A stretch of DNA of 64,000 bases, taken from assembly GCA_013376995.1 (NCBI GenBank), contig JACAAZ010000021.1:9952-73951 (forward strand), read 5' to 3'. The notes below the pieces were generated by a model, which worked only from the letters and a program-made list of their open reading frames with translations, made no database searches and was not told where the DNA came from. How positions within the stretch are numbered: position 1 is the stretch's first letter; each line of letters starts with the position of its first letter. This document shows, in pieces, positions 40,946 through 51,510 of the stretch. Origin of the DNA: Bacteroidota bacterium. Its GTDB lineage: Bacteria; Bacteroidota; Bacteroidia; Bacteroidales; UBA4417. The position numbers and the translations under genes are program-made.

Positions 40946-43900
40946 ATGAAATTGCCTGTTTTTTGGATAATTTTCCTGATACAGATAGTAACCGTTAGTC
41001 TCCAGGCGCAAAGCCTGATACAGGCGGAATACTTCCTGGATGCAGACCCGGGTCCTGGTTACGGTATACCCGTAAGTTTGGTTAGTTCTGATTCATTAGA
41101 TATAAACTTTGCCTACAATCTGGGAAACCTCTCAAAAGGCTGGCATACACTATCGCTTCGCACAAAAGACCAAATTGGCCGTTGGAGCAATGTTAAGAGT
41201 AATACCTTTTATGTGTATGATTGTACCTCGCATATCCTCTCCTCCTCTGCGAGCAGGATTATCAAGGCCGAGTACTTCTTTGATACTGATCCTGGTTTAG
41301 GAAAAGGAGTAAATATTCCAATTATTCCTGGGGAGCAAACAGATGTGAACAGGTTCTTTGAATTGAATAATCTTAGCGTTGGCAACCATACAGTAAATCT
41401 AAGAGTTCAGGATGAATTGAACAGATGGAGTATATGTAAAAGTATAGCATTCACCATTAATCCATCAACTTGTGCATTTCCAAAGGTCAATTTCTCCAAC
41501 GATACGGTTACCTATGGAACTCCAATAACTTTCACCAATCAATCTTCTAATACCTTACCTGGATCAAAATATTACTGGGACTTTAATAATGATGGTATCA
41601 CAGATGATACTTTATCTAACACAAATCATACTTTCTCATTGCCGGGCGTATATCCGGTTAAGCTCAGAGTTGCTAATTCACTTTCTTGCAGCTCATCTAT
41701 TGTCAAGGATGTTGTAACCGGCCCATTGCCAAGGAAAGACATTATTATTATTGGGAATCAGGTGTTTTGTGAAGGAGATTCTGTAATACTCACATCCGAC
41801 AATAATCCTCCGGGATATAATTTCCGCTGGAATACAGGAGATACTACACAAGCCATTACAGTAAAATCTTCAGGCAGATACTATACCTGGATTACTAATA
41901 GCTATGGAATGCTAACAAAGTCCTTGGTGGTTGATGTTGTCGTTCATCCTAAAGTGACCACGTTAATTGAAGCTGATAATCCTACAGGCGGGGCCTCTAA
42001 TGGTAGAATTGCTATCATTGCGACAGGTGGTAGTGGGAATTACAATTATGGATGGTCAAATGGTGCAACCTCACCAGTAATTAATAATCTATTTCCAGGG
42101 TCATATTCAGTTATTGTGAATGATGGATATTGTCCAGTCTCACTAAGTGCTGACCTTACCAATATCCCAGTTTTAAGTGGCAATCTTATAAAGGCTGAAT
42201 ACTTTTTTGATACTGATCCAGGTGTAGGCAAAGGAGTTTCCTTACTGCTAAGAGCTAATGATTCTATTGAATTCCCAGCTTCTTTAGGTGTAAACGGTTT
42301 ATCAATTGGGTTCCATAAATTGAATGTAAGGACTTGCAATACTTCAGGCAACTGGAGTCTAAGTCTAAGCAAAGATTTCTACATTTTTAATGAAAGCCCC
42401 CAGGTTGTGGTGCCGCCACAAATTCAGCCGGGAATAATATCTTCTGAATACTTTATTGGCAACGATCCGGGAGTTGGTCATGGTATCTCTATGGTGTTGA
42501 ATGCTGGAGATAGTCTTTCTTTTAATTCAGGGATTCCTATAGTAAACGTACCATACGGACTAAATACTATTTCAATAAGAACAAAGGATGCCTTAGGCAA
42601 ATGGAGCCTTAATATGGGTACTTCATTCTTTGTTTATGATAGTGTTCCCAAAACACTTGTACAAAAAACTAGTAAAGCTATTCAGAGAGCTGAATACTTT
42701 TTTGATTCTGATCCGGGTGTTGGGAATGGCACTGCTATCTCCTTTAACACAAGCGACTCCGTGACTATTGAACGCTTTTTAAGGGTCTCAGGATTAACAG
42801 ATGGGAATCATACTGTTTATGTTAGAGTAATAGATGAAGCTAGCAAATGGAGTCTTTGGTTAAGAAAGGATTTTACTGTTCAGCATGTGAATTGTACCTG
42901 CCCTGTAGTTGAGTTCACTGCTGACACGGCAAGGGCAGTCGGACTTGCTACCCATTTTACTAATCTAAGTACAGGTGCTTCAACTGAAGCCACTTATGAA
43001 TGGGATGTGAACAATGACCATATTGTAGATTATACTACACAAAATATTTCTCATGTTTACAGTCAGGCAGGGATATATCAAGCCAAGCTTACTGTACGCA
43101 ATTCTGCTTCATGTTATGCATCTTTTCTTAAGGAAGTTGTTGTTAGCCCAATTATAGACACTTCACTTATAATAAATGGCAATCAAACCTTTTGTGAGGG
43201 TGATTCTGTAATCCTCACAGCACAAACAGGATATTCCTATATCTGGAGTAATGGATCAACAGCTCGATCTATTACCATTAAAAATGCTGGTATTTATTCA
43301 GTCAGACTAACCAATGTTTATGGTGTGCAAGCTCATTCAAGAATGGTGGAAGTGGTTGTAAATCCAGTTCCCATCGTAAGTCTTAGTACTATCGATGCTA
43401 CGAATGGGAATGCAAATGGCACAGCTGTCTGTACTGTTAATGGAAACTCTGACCAATACACCTTCTCTTGGTCATGTGGGGGAGATCTGCCTATTAGGAA
43501 CAATCTGGCTGAAGGAGAATACCAGTTAACTGTAAGCAATGGGTTGTGTCCTGTTAATCAGGAGTTTCATATATCAAATCATTCTCTATCTGAAGGAGAT
43601 ATTGCAGGTGCAGAGTACTTTTTCGATACTGATCCAGGAGCCGGGAAAGGAATTGAATTAAACATTGCTGGGGGTGATTCCATTCGATTCGAAACTTATA
43701 TACCCATGAATAATTTGCCGGTAGGACTTCATATTCTTTATATTAGAGTCCGGGATACCCATAATTTATGGGGGGAATATCTGAGTGAGCCCTTTTTTAT
43801 TTATCCAAAGTCAGAAGACAGCACTCAAAATTCTGATGTCAATCAGCCTCAGATTATCAGTGCTGAATATTATTTTGACTTAGATCCGGGACCTGGTAAA

Positions 43901-46900
43901 GGCCATCCGATTATGTTGAATAAAGCAGATGAAATAACTGAGGATTTTGCTGCAGATATAGACGGATTATCAGTCGGTAATCATAGTATAGGCTTGAGAG
44001 TTATGGACAGTATAGGTAAATCGAGCCTGCAATTGACAGAGTTCTTTTTTGTTTATGATTCAGTCCGGCAAAACATTACAGTTGATCAAACAAAAATTGT
44101 AGCTCTTGAATACTTTTATGATCTCGATCCTGGAGCAGGTAAAGGTGTAAACATCCCTTTTACTCCGACATCAAACCTGGTTGAGAAAGAATTGTATTTC
44201 CCCGTAACTGGCTTAGCGTATGGGGAGCACTCAATTTATGTCAGGGCCAAGGACGAAGCCGGGGCATGGAGTGTATATAATTCTGAATTATTCAATATTG
44301 ATAGTGTGAATTGCGCCTGCCCCTTACCATCGTTTCTTGCAGACACAGTTAATCCCGGCGCTGCAACAACCTTTGTAAACAGTTCCGGTAATACAAGTGG
44401 TTCAACAGCTTATGAATGGGACATCAATAATGATGGGACAATTGAGAGTACATCTAGGAATCTATCCTTTGTTTTCCCCCGTAGTGGTGTATATGATGTC
44501 AAGCTTCGAGTGATTAATAACAGCATTTGCCAGGCTTCTGTTATACAGCAAGTAATAGTTGGGCCAGTACCCGATAGGTCAATATCTATAACAGGCAATA
44601 CTATTTTTTGTGAAGGTGATTCGGTTATTGTTACGGCCTCTCCAGGTTATAATTACCATTGGTGGCCAAACGGTGAAACTACCCGGTCAATAACAGTCAA
44701 GCAAACTGGATTGTATTATGCCTGGATCACTTCTGGAGCAGGGATTGAGGTAAAATCAGAAACTGTTAGTACGATTATGCATGAAAAGATAATTGTTCAC
44801 CTTACAGTCTCAAATGCAAGCGGTGGAATTAATAATGGGAATGCCTTTGTTGAAGTGAGCGGAGGAAATGAATTATATTCCTATTCATGGTCATCAGGTT
44901 CAAATACGAGCTACGCCAATGCTCTTGCACCTGGGAGATATTCAGTTGATGTCACTGATGGAAACTGCCCCGTAACTGAAAATTTTGTTATTGAGAATGA
45001 ACCTTTCCATAATGGTGAGATCATAGCTGCAGAAGCATTTTTCAATTCAGATCCGGGAATCGGAAACGGCATCTCAATCCCAATTTCTTCTGGCGATACG
45101 GTTAATATGCTCACAGGGCTATCTGTAGCAGGGTTATCAAATGGGATTAATTTCTTATATGTGCGAGTACAAGATACCTATCACCAATGGTCTTTATATT
45201 CTCAGCAAATATTCTATGTCTACGCGGAAGATACAATTGTAAATCAAAAGACTATTATTCAGCCACCTTTAAGTGTGATTGAGTATTTTGTTTCATCATC
45301 AGATCAAAACAATGGAGATCCCGGGGTTATGAATGGAGTTAGGATTGACTTCCCTGTTGCAGATAGTCTTATTGGCTCGTTCAATTATAGTGCTGACAAC
45401 ATTTCTCCAGGCTTTTATACTATTAATCTTAGACCAGGTGATGTTGAAGATAAATGGGGGATTTCAAAGACTTCTGATTTCTACGTATATGACACAACTC
45501 ATCAAAACCTCCTTAAAGAACAGCCGATAATTCTTGCAGCTGAATATTTCTTTGATTCTGATCCGGGACTTGAAATGGGAAACCGGATTGAGATTTCATC
45601 AGGCAATCAAGTTGAATGGACAGGGAGAATTAGCATTGGAGCTCTCAGTTTGGGATCTCATAAAATTAACATTAGAACGAAAGATCTACACAATCAATGG
45701 AGTATCACTAAAAGTGCGGAGTTTACAATTTATGACTGTGTTCAACCAACAGCGAATTTCAGCTTTTTGCAAACCTGTCTTGAAACACCAATTGTATTTA
45801 ATGACATTTCAACGCATGTAGCTGAAAATGCAACTTATCAATGGGATATAGATGATGATGGAACAGTAGACAACACAACACATGGGAGCATTACTCATCA
45901 ATTTTCATTACCTGGCAACCATGATGTCAAGCTAAAAATTACTCATAATGTTGCTTGTATTGATAGTATAACTAAAACAGTAGTGTTCCCTGTTGTCCAC
46001 TTACCTAATGACACAACGCTCTATACAGACCAATCATTAGTCTTAGATGCAGGTCCGGGATATTCCTACCTCTGGAATACAGGTGCTACCACTCAAACGA
46101 TCACAGTGGATGGTGCAACAGTTGGTATTGGTTTGCATAATTATTCGGTCGTAGTTACCAATGAGTTATCATGTGTAGCCAATGATGAAATTAATGTAAC
46201 CGTAATCCTTCCTCCCAGGGACCTTGTGATTGCCAGTGCATCAGCAATTCCTGATACCATAGCTGTTGCCGGTGACAGCATAAGTGTTATGAGTTCAATC
46301 CAGAATATTGGCAGTGTTTCAGCTATTGCAAGTGTTGTAAACTATTACTTGTCGCAGGATACAGTTCTTAATTCTTCTGATCAATACCTTGGATATGCAA
46401 TTGTGCCTGCGCTTCCTCCAGGCTTTGCTCAGGATGTTACCAGCAGAGTTTCAATTCCAGCGGGCAGTAGCGGGGGAAAATTGTATATTCTTATTAAAGC
46501 AGATGGAACTGAAATAGTTGTTGAAAGTAACGAGAACAATAATACAAAGGCTTTCCCCATATACTATGCTCAGGTTCTGCAAAATCTGCTTTCAGGTAAA
46601 GTTTTCCTCGAAGGACTGTTTAATCCACTTACACATACAATGAATAAAGCCCGCGATGAGAATGGTGAGCATTGGCCGGGAAATGTAGCTGACCAGATCA
46701 GTGTTGAACTTCACTCAGACATATTCCCCTATTCGACTGTTTATGAGCAATCGGGCATTGATTTGATGGTTGATGGCGCACTCTCTTGCCTAATTCCGGG
46801 TACAGTTTCGGGAAGTTATTATGTGGTAATCCGCCATAGAAACAGCATCGAGACATGGAGTTCTTACCCTGTTACATTTGGATCAAGCACAATACAGTAT

Positions 46901-47158
46901 GATTTCACAACTGGAATTGCACAAGCCTTCGGAAATAATATGAAAGGAATTGGCGGTCAATTCGTTCTATTTGGAGGAGATGCAACGCAAGATGGTGTTG
47001 TGGACGGCTCGGATATGGCAGTAATTGACAATGCAGCAACTGGAATATTAATAGGTTATTTTCCTGAAGATGTTAATGGTGATGGTGTTGTTGATGGTTC
47101 TGATATGGCATTGATAGAGAATAACTCAACGAATCTGGTTCAGGTGAGAAAACCCTAA
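40946..47158 (+). CDS. 2070 aa secreted repeat protein: 11 EYFFDxDPG repeats, 4 PKD, SprB-like, CARDB, C-terminal dockerin-like module
   Basis: Signal peptide; repeats counted in translation; WDxNNDG PKD motifs; ESNENNN CARDB; two DxxxDGxVDGSD Ca-loops. Confidence 0.8.
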   Translation: MKLPVFWIIFLIQIVTVSLQAQSLIQAEYFLDADPGPGYGIPVSLVSSDSLDINFAYNLGNLSKGWHTLSLRTKDQIGRWSNVKSNTFYVYDCTSHILSSSASRIIKAEYFFDTDPGLGKGVNIPIIPGEQTDVNRFFELNNLSVGNHTVNLRVQDELNRWSICKSIAFTINPSTCAFPKVNFSNDTVTYGTPITFTNQSSNTLPGSKYYWDFNNDGITDDTLSNTNHTFSLPGVYPVKLRVANSLSCSSSIVKDVVTGPLPRKDIIIIGNQVFCEGDSVILTSDNNPPGYNFRWNTGDTTQAITVKSSGRYYTWITNSYGMLTKSLVVDVVVHPKVTTLIEADNPTGGASNGRIAIIATGGSGNYNYGWSNGATSPVINNLFPGSYSVIVNDGYCPVSLSADLTNIPVLSGNLIKAEYFFDTDPGVGKGVSLLLRANDSIEFPASLGVNGLSIGFHKLNVRTCNTSGNWSLSLSKDFYIFNESPQVVVPPQIQPGIISSEYFIGNDPGVGHGISMVLNAGDSLSFNSGIPIVNVPYGLNTISIRTKDALGKWSLNMGTSFFVYDSVPKTLVQKTSKAIQRAEYFFDSDPGVGNGTAISFNTSDSVTIERFLRVSGLTDGNHTVYVRVIDEASKWSLWLRKDFTVQHVNCTCPVVEFTADTARAVGLATHFTNLSTGASTEATYEWDVNNDHIVDYTTQNISHVYSQAGIYQAKLTVRNSASCYASFLKEVVVSPIIDTSLIINGNQTFCEGDSVILTAQTGYSYIWSNGSTARSITIKNAGIYSVRLTNVYGVQAHSRMVEVVVNPVPIVSLSTIDATNGNANGTAVCTVNGNSDQYTFSWSCGGDLPIRNNLAEGEYQLTVSNGLCPVNQEFHISNHSLSEGDIAGAEYFFDTDPGAGKGIELNIAGGDSIRFETYIPMNNLPVGLHILYIRVRDTHNLWGEYLSEPFFIYPKSEDSTQNSDVNQPQIISAEYYFDLDPGPGKGHPIMLNKADEITEDFAADIDGLSVGNHSIGLRVMDSIGKSSLQLTEFFFVYDSVRQNITVDQTKIVALEYFYDLDPGAGKGVNIPFTPTSNLVEKELYFPVTGLAYGEHSIYVRAKDEAGAWSVYNSELFNIDSVNCACPLPSFLADTVNPGAATTFVNSSGNTSGSTAYEWDINNDGTIESTSRNLSFVFPRSGVYDVKLRVINNSICQASVIQQVIVGPVPDRSISITGNTIFCEGDSVIVTASPGYNYHWWPNGETTRSITVKQTGLYYAWITSGAGIEVKSETVSTIMHEKIIVHLTVSNASGGINNGNAFVEVSGGNELYSYSWSSGSNTSYANALAPGRYSVDVTDGNCPVTENFVIENEPFHNGEIIAAEAFFNSDPGIGNGISIPISSGDTVNMLTGLSVAGLSNGINFLYVRVQDTYHQWSLYSQQIFYVYAEDTIVNQKTIIQPPLSVIEYFVSSSDQNNGDPGVMNGVRIDFPVADSLIGSFNYSADNISPGFYTINLRPGDVEDKWGISKTSDFYVYDTTHQNLLKEQPIILAAEYFFDSDPGLEMGNRIEISSGNQVEWTGRISIGALSLGSHKINIRTKDLHNQWSITKSAEFTIYDCVQPTANFSFLQTCLETPIVFNDISTHVAENATYQWDIDDDGTVDNTTHGSITHQFSLPGNHDVKLKITHNVACIDSITKTVVFPVVHLPNDTTLYTDQSLVLDAGPGYSYLWNTGATTQTITVDGATVGIGLHNYSVVVTNELSCVANDEINVTVILPPRDLVIASASAIPDTIAVAGDSISVMSSIQNIGSVSAIASVVNYYLSQDTVLNSSDQYLGYAIVPALPPGFAQDVTSRVSIPAGSSGGKLYILIKADGTEIVVESNENNNTKAFPIYYAQVLQNLLSGKVFLEGLFNPLTHTMNKARDENGEHWPGNVADQISVELHSDIFPYSTVYEQSGIDLMVDGALSCLIPGTVSGSYYVVIRHRNSIETWSSYPVTFGSSTIQYDFTTGIAQAFGNNMKGIGGQFVLFGGDATQDGVVDGSDMAVIDNAATGILIGYFPEDVNGDGVVDGSDMALIENNSTNLVQVRKP

Positions 47159-47323
47159 ACTGGTAGACTGTTTTATTCTTTTATAGTATGTGCTCCAATG
47201 GATAATTCCAAGGGGGGGGGTAATCAAATTGATGCATGCAATTTGTAGATTTGATGTAAAGGAAACGGAATATCTAGTTTGATTGATTAAATCAGCCGAT
47301 AAATTAGTGGATTGCTGCTTTGG

Positions 47324-50158
47324 TCATGGCTTCTTCACTTGAATCAAAGACGTAGAATTATTATCAACGATTGACATATCAGAGGCATCCACAACCCCAT
47401 CACCGTTAGCGTCTGTATTTAAGTATCCGCGTAGAATTCCTGTAGATGCATTGTCTATCAGTGCCATATCTGAGCCATCCACAACCCCATCCTGATTTAC
47501 ATTACCACCATAGATACAGTATTTACCACTTATAAGTTTGAGGTTGTTACCATAGGCTTGACTCAAGGCTTCTGAAAAACTATAATTGATGATACTTCCA
47601 CTAAACGATAAAGGAGAAGCTGACCATGTTTCAATACTATTCCTATGTTTAATAACTAAATAATAGGAGGATGTCAATGTGCTAGGAATACTTACTTCGC
47701 ATGAACCAGACAAAGTAACATTTAGATTGCTCAAGGATTGGATTAGAGGATAAGGGAACACATTTTGCCTGATTTCAAGAGAAATTTGATCTGCTACTTC
47801 ACCAACAAAATGATTTCCAAATTCATCTTGAGCATGATTCATGAGTCCTGTTGTAGGGTTATACAATCCTTCAAGTAAAAGAGTCACATTCAATGGCTTA
47901 GTAGTAAACGCTGCTGTGCTCACTAAGCTCCATTTACCACTATTATCTCTGGATCGAACATAAAGTAAGTGATTTCCTGAAGTTAAGTTATTGTAAGGGA
48001 AAGAAAACAGAATTGTAGAATTTGGAGAAGATGGTAAAACAGGAATATGGACACCTGATCCAAAACCAGGATCTGAGTCAATGTAGTATTCTATTTGATT
48101 AATATTTGGTTGGGAGATTGCATTGAACTTATAAATCGGCGTATTCGATAATAAACTCCATCTTCCATTTGAATCTTTCGCTCTGACAAATAAAGTGTGT
48201 ATTCCATTTGTAAGTCCTGTGAGTCCGATGCTAAAAGTTTTCACTTCATTTTGAGAGGAATTTAGACTAATGACTGTACCATGTTCAAACCCCGGATCCG
48301 AATCGAAAAAGTACTCTACTTTACTCAAAGTAACTAAAGGATTGTCATTCAATTTATAAATTGGAGTAGATTGAACTACACTCCATTTCCCGTAATTATC
48401 CTTAACTCTGATATAAAGAGTATGAATACCTGATGACAGAGAATTTAATGGAATATTATAAGATAAGGATAAATATTGATTCGCTGAAATTTGAATTTCA
48501 TGTCCCCTGCCAAAGCCTGGGTCGTTATCGAAAAAATACTCAAGCCTAGCGAGATTAGGGTCACTTGTCAAATATCGATAAAATGGTATTTTTTGAGTTT
48601 GGCCCCATATTCCACTAATATTTCTTGCTCTGACGTATAAGCTGTGAATCCCGGTCATTAAATCCATCATAGGCAAATTAAGGTCAAAGGTCAAAATTGA
48701 ATCTGGTTCACTTTCGATTACTGTCCCATTCCCTATACCTGGATCGGAATCGATAAAATATTCCATACTTTTAACATAATTCGGATTATCAACACAATAG
48801 GCGTTTATGCATAGATCAAAGTTTTCATTTGTGCCAGATCCTATCTGTGTCCATATATTTCCATCCGGACTTGTCCAACATTTTCCGGATTCAATAACTG
48901 GACTGGCATAATTGTCTATTGCCTGTTCGCAGGGTAAAGGGAAAATAGTATAAGGTGTTGTATACTTTATTTTGATAAAGAAATTTTGACCTCTGTTAAT
49001 AGTTGACTCAAACGGCAAATCAAATGTATAGAATCCGGGGTTTTCACAAACGAGATTATACATTGATACAATTGGATTAGATAGGGTTGTACCATCAAAA
49101 TCATGGAAAACCTCAATATCAATTGTTGAGTTTTCACTTATTACATACGTGGATATTTTTGATAATTGGATTGACCTTAAAGTTGTAAATTTTACGAGGC
49201 CACATGCAACGTTAGTATTATACCCACGGTAAGTTGTCGCTCCTAAATCATCATAACCAAGTATTTTCGCATTGCTAGTATAAGAAATTCTCGTGGGGAA
49301 ATATGCAGCACCATCTGTTAGTATCCTATTGTCAAGGTAGGATACATAAAAGTATCCGGCCTCACCAAAATTTTCCCAACTATTCTTTACTATCCAAGCA
49401 CCATTTCCGGCAGGGGTAATTTTTGAGTTATCCCACCCTACAATGATAACAGCATGATTTGGGGCCTTAATTCCATTATACCAATAACTATAATTGGAGG
49501 CATTATAGGAGCCATCCTCCCAGCGCATGGAAGTATATAACCCCCCATAATCCATGATAGCCTTTTTAATAATATTAATACCGCTATTTGATCTCCATTT
49601 GATATATCTCACATCAGAGACAAAGGCTAAGGGAGGTACGTTTGAAATATAGTAATTTCCGGAAGGATTATAAGGATCACTAGTTGAATCGATTGGACCT
49701 GCCATTCTTGCAAGATAAGCAATTGACTTGTTCAGGTTTCCCCCATTACAAGGTGAGCCTAAAAATTTGTTCCCATGAATCAAATTATTCTCAGATAGAT
49801 TATAGGTCCCATAGCCCGCAACTTTCCACTCTGATTCAAGGGCACCCATGGTCGCAAATGCCCAGCAACTTCCGCATGAACCCTGATGCTTTACTGGAGT
49901 AACGTTGTTTGTATTCCTTAAGTCAAAGCTAGATGGGAATGGTCCTGTAATATCAGGTGAATTGCTAAATGCTATTGAATAGGGTGGAGGGATATTACCC
50001 AATAAATATCCAGTTCCGGTGATAAATGACCAAAACCCATTTGAGAGATCATTAATGTAACTCAGGTAATTGCTACTATTGGGTGCTTGGATAGTCTGTG
50101 GGATGGCATAATCGATTATCTGAATTAAAAATATCAGTGACAGAATGATTCTTTTCAT
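47324..50158 (-). CDS. Secreted papain-family (C1A) cysteine peptidase with lectin-like domain, 4 EYFFDxDPG repeats and dockerin-like C-terminus
   Basis: QGSCGSCWAF, NHAVIIVGW, VKNSW catalytic motifs; ATG at 50158, 2 bp after upstream stop. Confidence 0.88.
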   Translation of the reverse strand: MKRIILSLIFLIQIIDYAIPQTIQAPNSSNYLSYINDLSNGFWSFITGTGYLLGNIPPPYSIAFSNSPDITGPFPSSFDLRNTNNVTPVKHQGSCGSCWAFATMGALESEWKVAGYGTYNLSENNLIHGNKFLGSPCNGGNLNKSIAYLARMAGPIDSTSDPYNPSGNYYISNVPPLAFVSDVRYIKWRSNSGINIIKKAIMDYGGLYTSMRWEDGSYNASNYSYWYNGIKAPNHAVIIVGWDNSKITPAGNGAWIVKNSWENFGEAGYFYVSYLDNRILTDGAAYFPTRISYTSNAKILGYDDLGATTYRGYNTNVACGLVKFTTLRSIQLSKISTYVISENSTIDIEVFHDFDGTTLSNPIVSMYNLVCENPGFYTFDLPFESTINRGQNFFIKIKYTTPYTIFPLPCEQAIDNYASPVIESGKCWTSPDGNIWTQIGSGTNENFDLCINAYCVDNPNYVKSMEYFIDSDPGIGNGTVIESEPDSILTFDLNLPMMDLMTGIHSLYVRARNISGIWGQTQKIPFYRYLTSDPNLARLEYFFDNDPGFGRGHEIQISANQYLSLSYNIPLNSLSSGIHTLYIRVKDNYGKWSVVQSTPIYKLNDNPLVTLSKVEYFFDSDPGFEHGTVISLNSSQNEVKTFSIGLTGLTNGIHTLFVRAKDSNGRWSLLSNTPIYKFNAISQPNINQIEYYIDSDPGFGSGVHIPVLPSSPNSTILFSFPYNNLTSGNHLLYVRSRDNSGKWSLVSTAAFTTKPLNVTLLLEGLYNPTTGLMNHAQDEFGNHFVGEVADQISLEIRQNVFPYPLIQSLSNLNVTLSGSCEVSIPSTLTSSYYLVIKHRNSIETWSASPLSFSGSIINYSFSEALSQAYGNNLKLISGKYCIYGGNVNQDGVVDGSDMALIDNASTGILRGYLNTDANGDGVVDASDMSIVDNNSTSLIQVKKP

Positions 50159-50160
50159 GG

Positions 50161-51165
50161 TCAATGGGTCTTGGCTTTAATGGTAACATTGATGCCATTC
50201 GTAGATGAGCCAGATGCTGGCATATTCAAATAATAGATAGCTGGAATCTCAGGTAAACCAGATAGTACATAAGGTGTCACCCCGCCAAACATCCCGCAAT
50301 CTGAGCCATCGTTGCCCGCTCCAATGGCTGGTGATCCTGTTTTTAATCTCCACTGTCCATCTGTAGAATTCCCGGTTGCACCCATAAAGACATCGGTCAT
50401 GCTTACATTTTGTTGATTACCGTTAACCAGAGGGAACTGAGTATGGTTGCATATATTATTGAAAAATGTATTATCGGTTGGAACAAGAGTATTATTGGTG
50501 CCAGTAGTGAGCAAATTGTTCATTATCAAAAAATTGTGAACATTAAGACTATATGCACAATCAAAAACATTGTTGATGATGGTTCCTGAAAAATTGGTTG
50601 CTAGATTTATTGCATTGTTATTATAAGAACCACTAAATCTTGTATAATTATTACTAATAATAATGTTGTTAACCAGTGAAGTACCTGTATTATTTTCAAT
50701 CCCCCCATAAATATAGTTCTGAGCAATCATAATGTTTTCATAGGAAGTTGTACAATTAAAATATATCGATTTGGTATAATTTCTTTTGATAGTGATGTTG
50801 CTCTCTCCGATCGTAATATAACCAGTCACCTCCAATCCAGATATAATTGTCCCAGAACAACCTGTATTAAATACTACGTTGCCAAATTTTGCAGTCGCTA
50901 AATTTACCTGTGTCTCTGGATTCTCACTTAGGAAGTAACCTGGACCAATTATCACCAGTGGTTTAGTAATGGTTATGTTCCCATAAGAAACCGTGGAACC
51001 TTCAAAATAGAGTGAATCATTTGGTGTCGCTGCACTTTGGGCAGCAGTGAAGTTGGTAAAGTTGGCACTGATTCCGGGATTATTGTTAACTCTCCAAATG
51101 GTAGCAGTTGATTGGGAATAACATAATCCAACGATGATGATTGAGATGATAATTCTTTTATACAT
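50161..51165 (-). CDS. Secreted right-handed beta-helix protein (partner A2)
   Basis: Signal peptide; FTAAQSAATPNDSLYF cap; Asn ladders; WRLKTGSPAIGAGNDGSDCGMFGG tail; paralog of 39812 gene. Confidence 0.75.
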   Translation of the reverse strand: MYKRIIISIIIVGLCYSQSTATIWRVNNNPGISANFTNFTAAQSAATPNDSLYFEGSTVSYGNITITKPLVIIGPGYFLSENPETQVNLATAKFGNVVFNTGCSGTIISGLEVTGYITIGESNITIKRNYTKSIYFNCTTSYENIMIAQNYIYGGIENNTGTSLVNNIIISNNYTRFSGSYNNNAINLATNFSGTIINNVFDCAYSLNVHNFLIMNNLLTTGTNNTLVPTDNTFFNNICNHTQFPLVNGNQQNVSMTDVFMGATGNSTDGQWRLKTGSPAIGAGNDGSDCGMFGGVTPYVLSGLPEIPAIYYLNMPASGSSTNGINVTIKAKTH

Positions 51166-51510
51166 TGCAAATAGTATTAGAGGTTATTATTTATATAAAT
51201 TGATTTACATCATCTAATAGGAGCCAATCACATATAGCACATCTAAGTTAATGAAATATTTGCCATAGGATTTAGTATCTTGCAGTTACCTGAGGTTGGA
51301 TTAAGTCCATCAATCTCATGGAATTTATTTGCAAAAAAAAGATGATGTATTAGAATACATTCTTATCACATAAATCATTTAAGGAGAAAATTTAATCATT
51401 TATAAATAACCTATTCCAGTAGTTTCGTAAACCTCTTTAGTCAATCAAACTCTTAGCGCTTTATAACTAATTTAGAGATATTGCTTTATGTCGTAATATT
51501 TATTAAACAA

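Noticed and set aside
47212-47220. G9 homopolymer
   Set aside because: Lies between two convergent stop codons, so no plausible phase-variation target.
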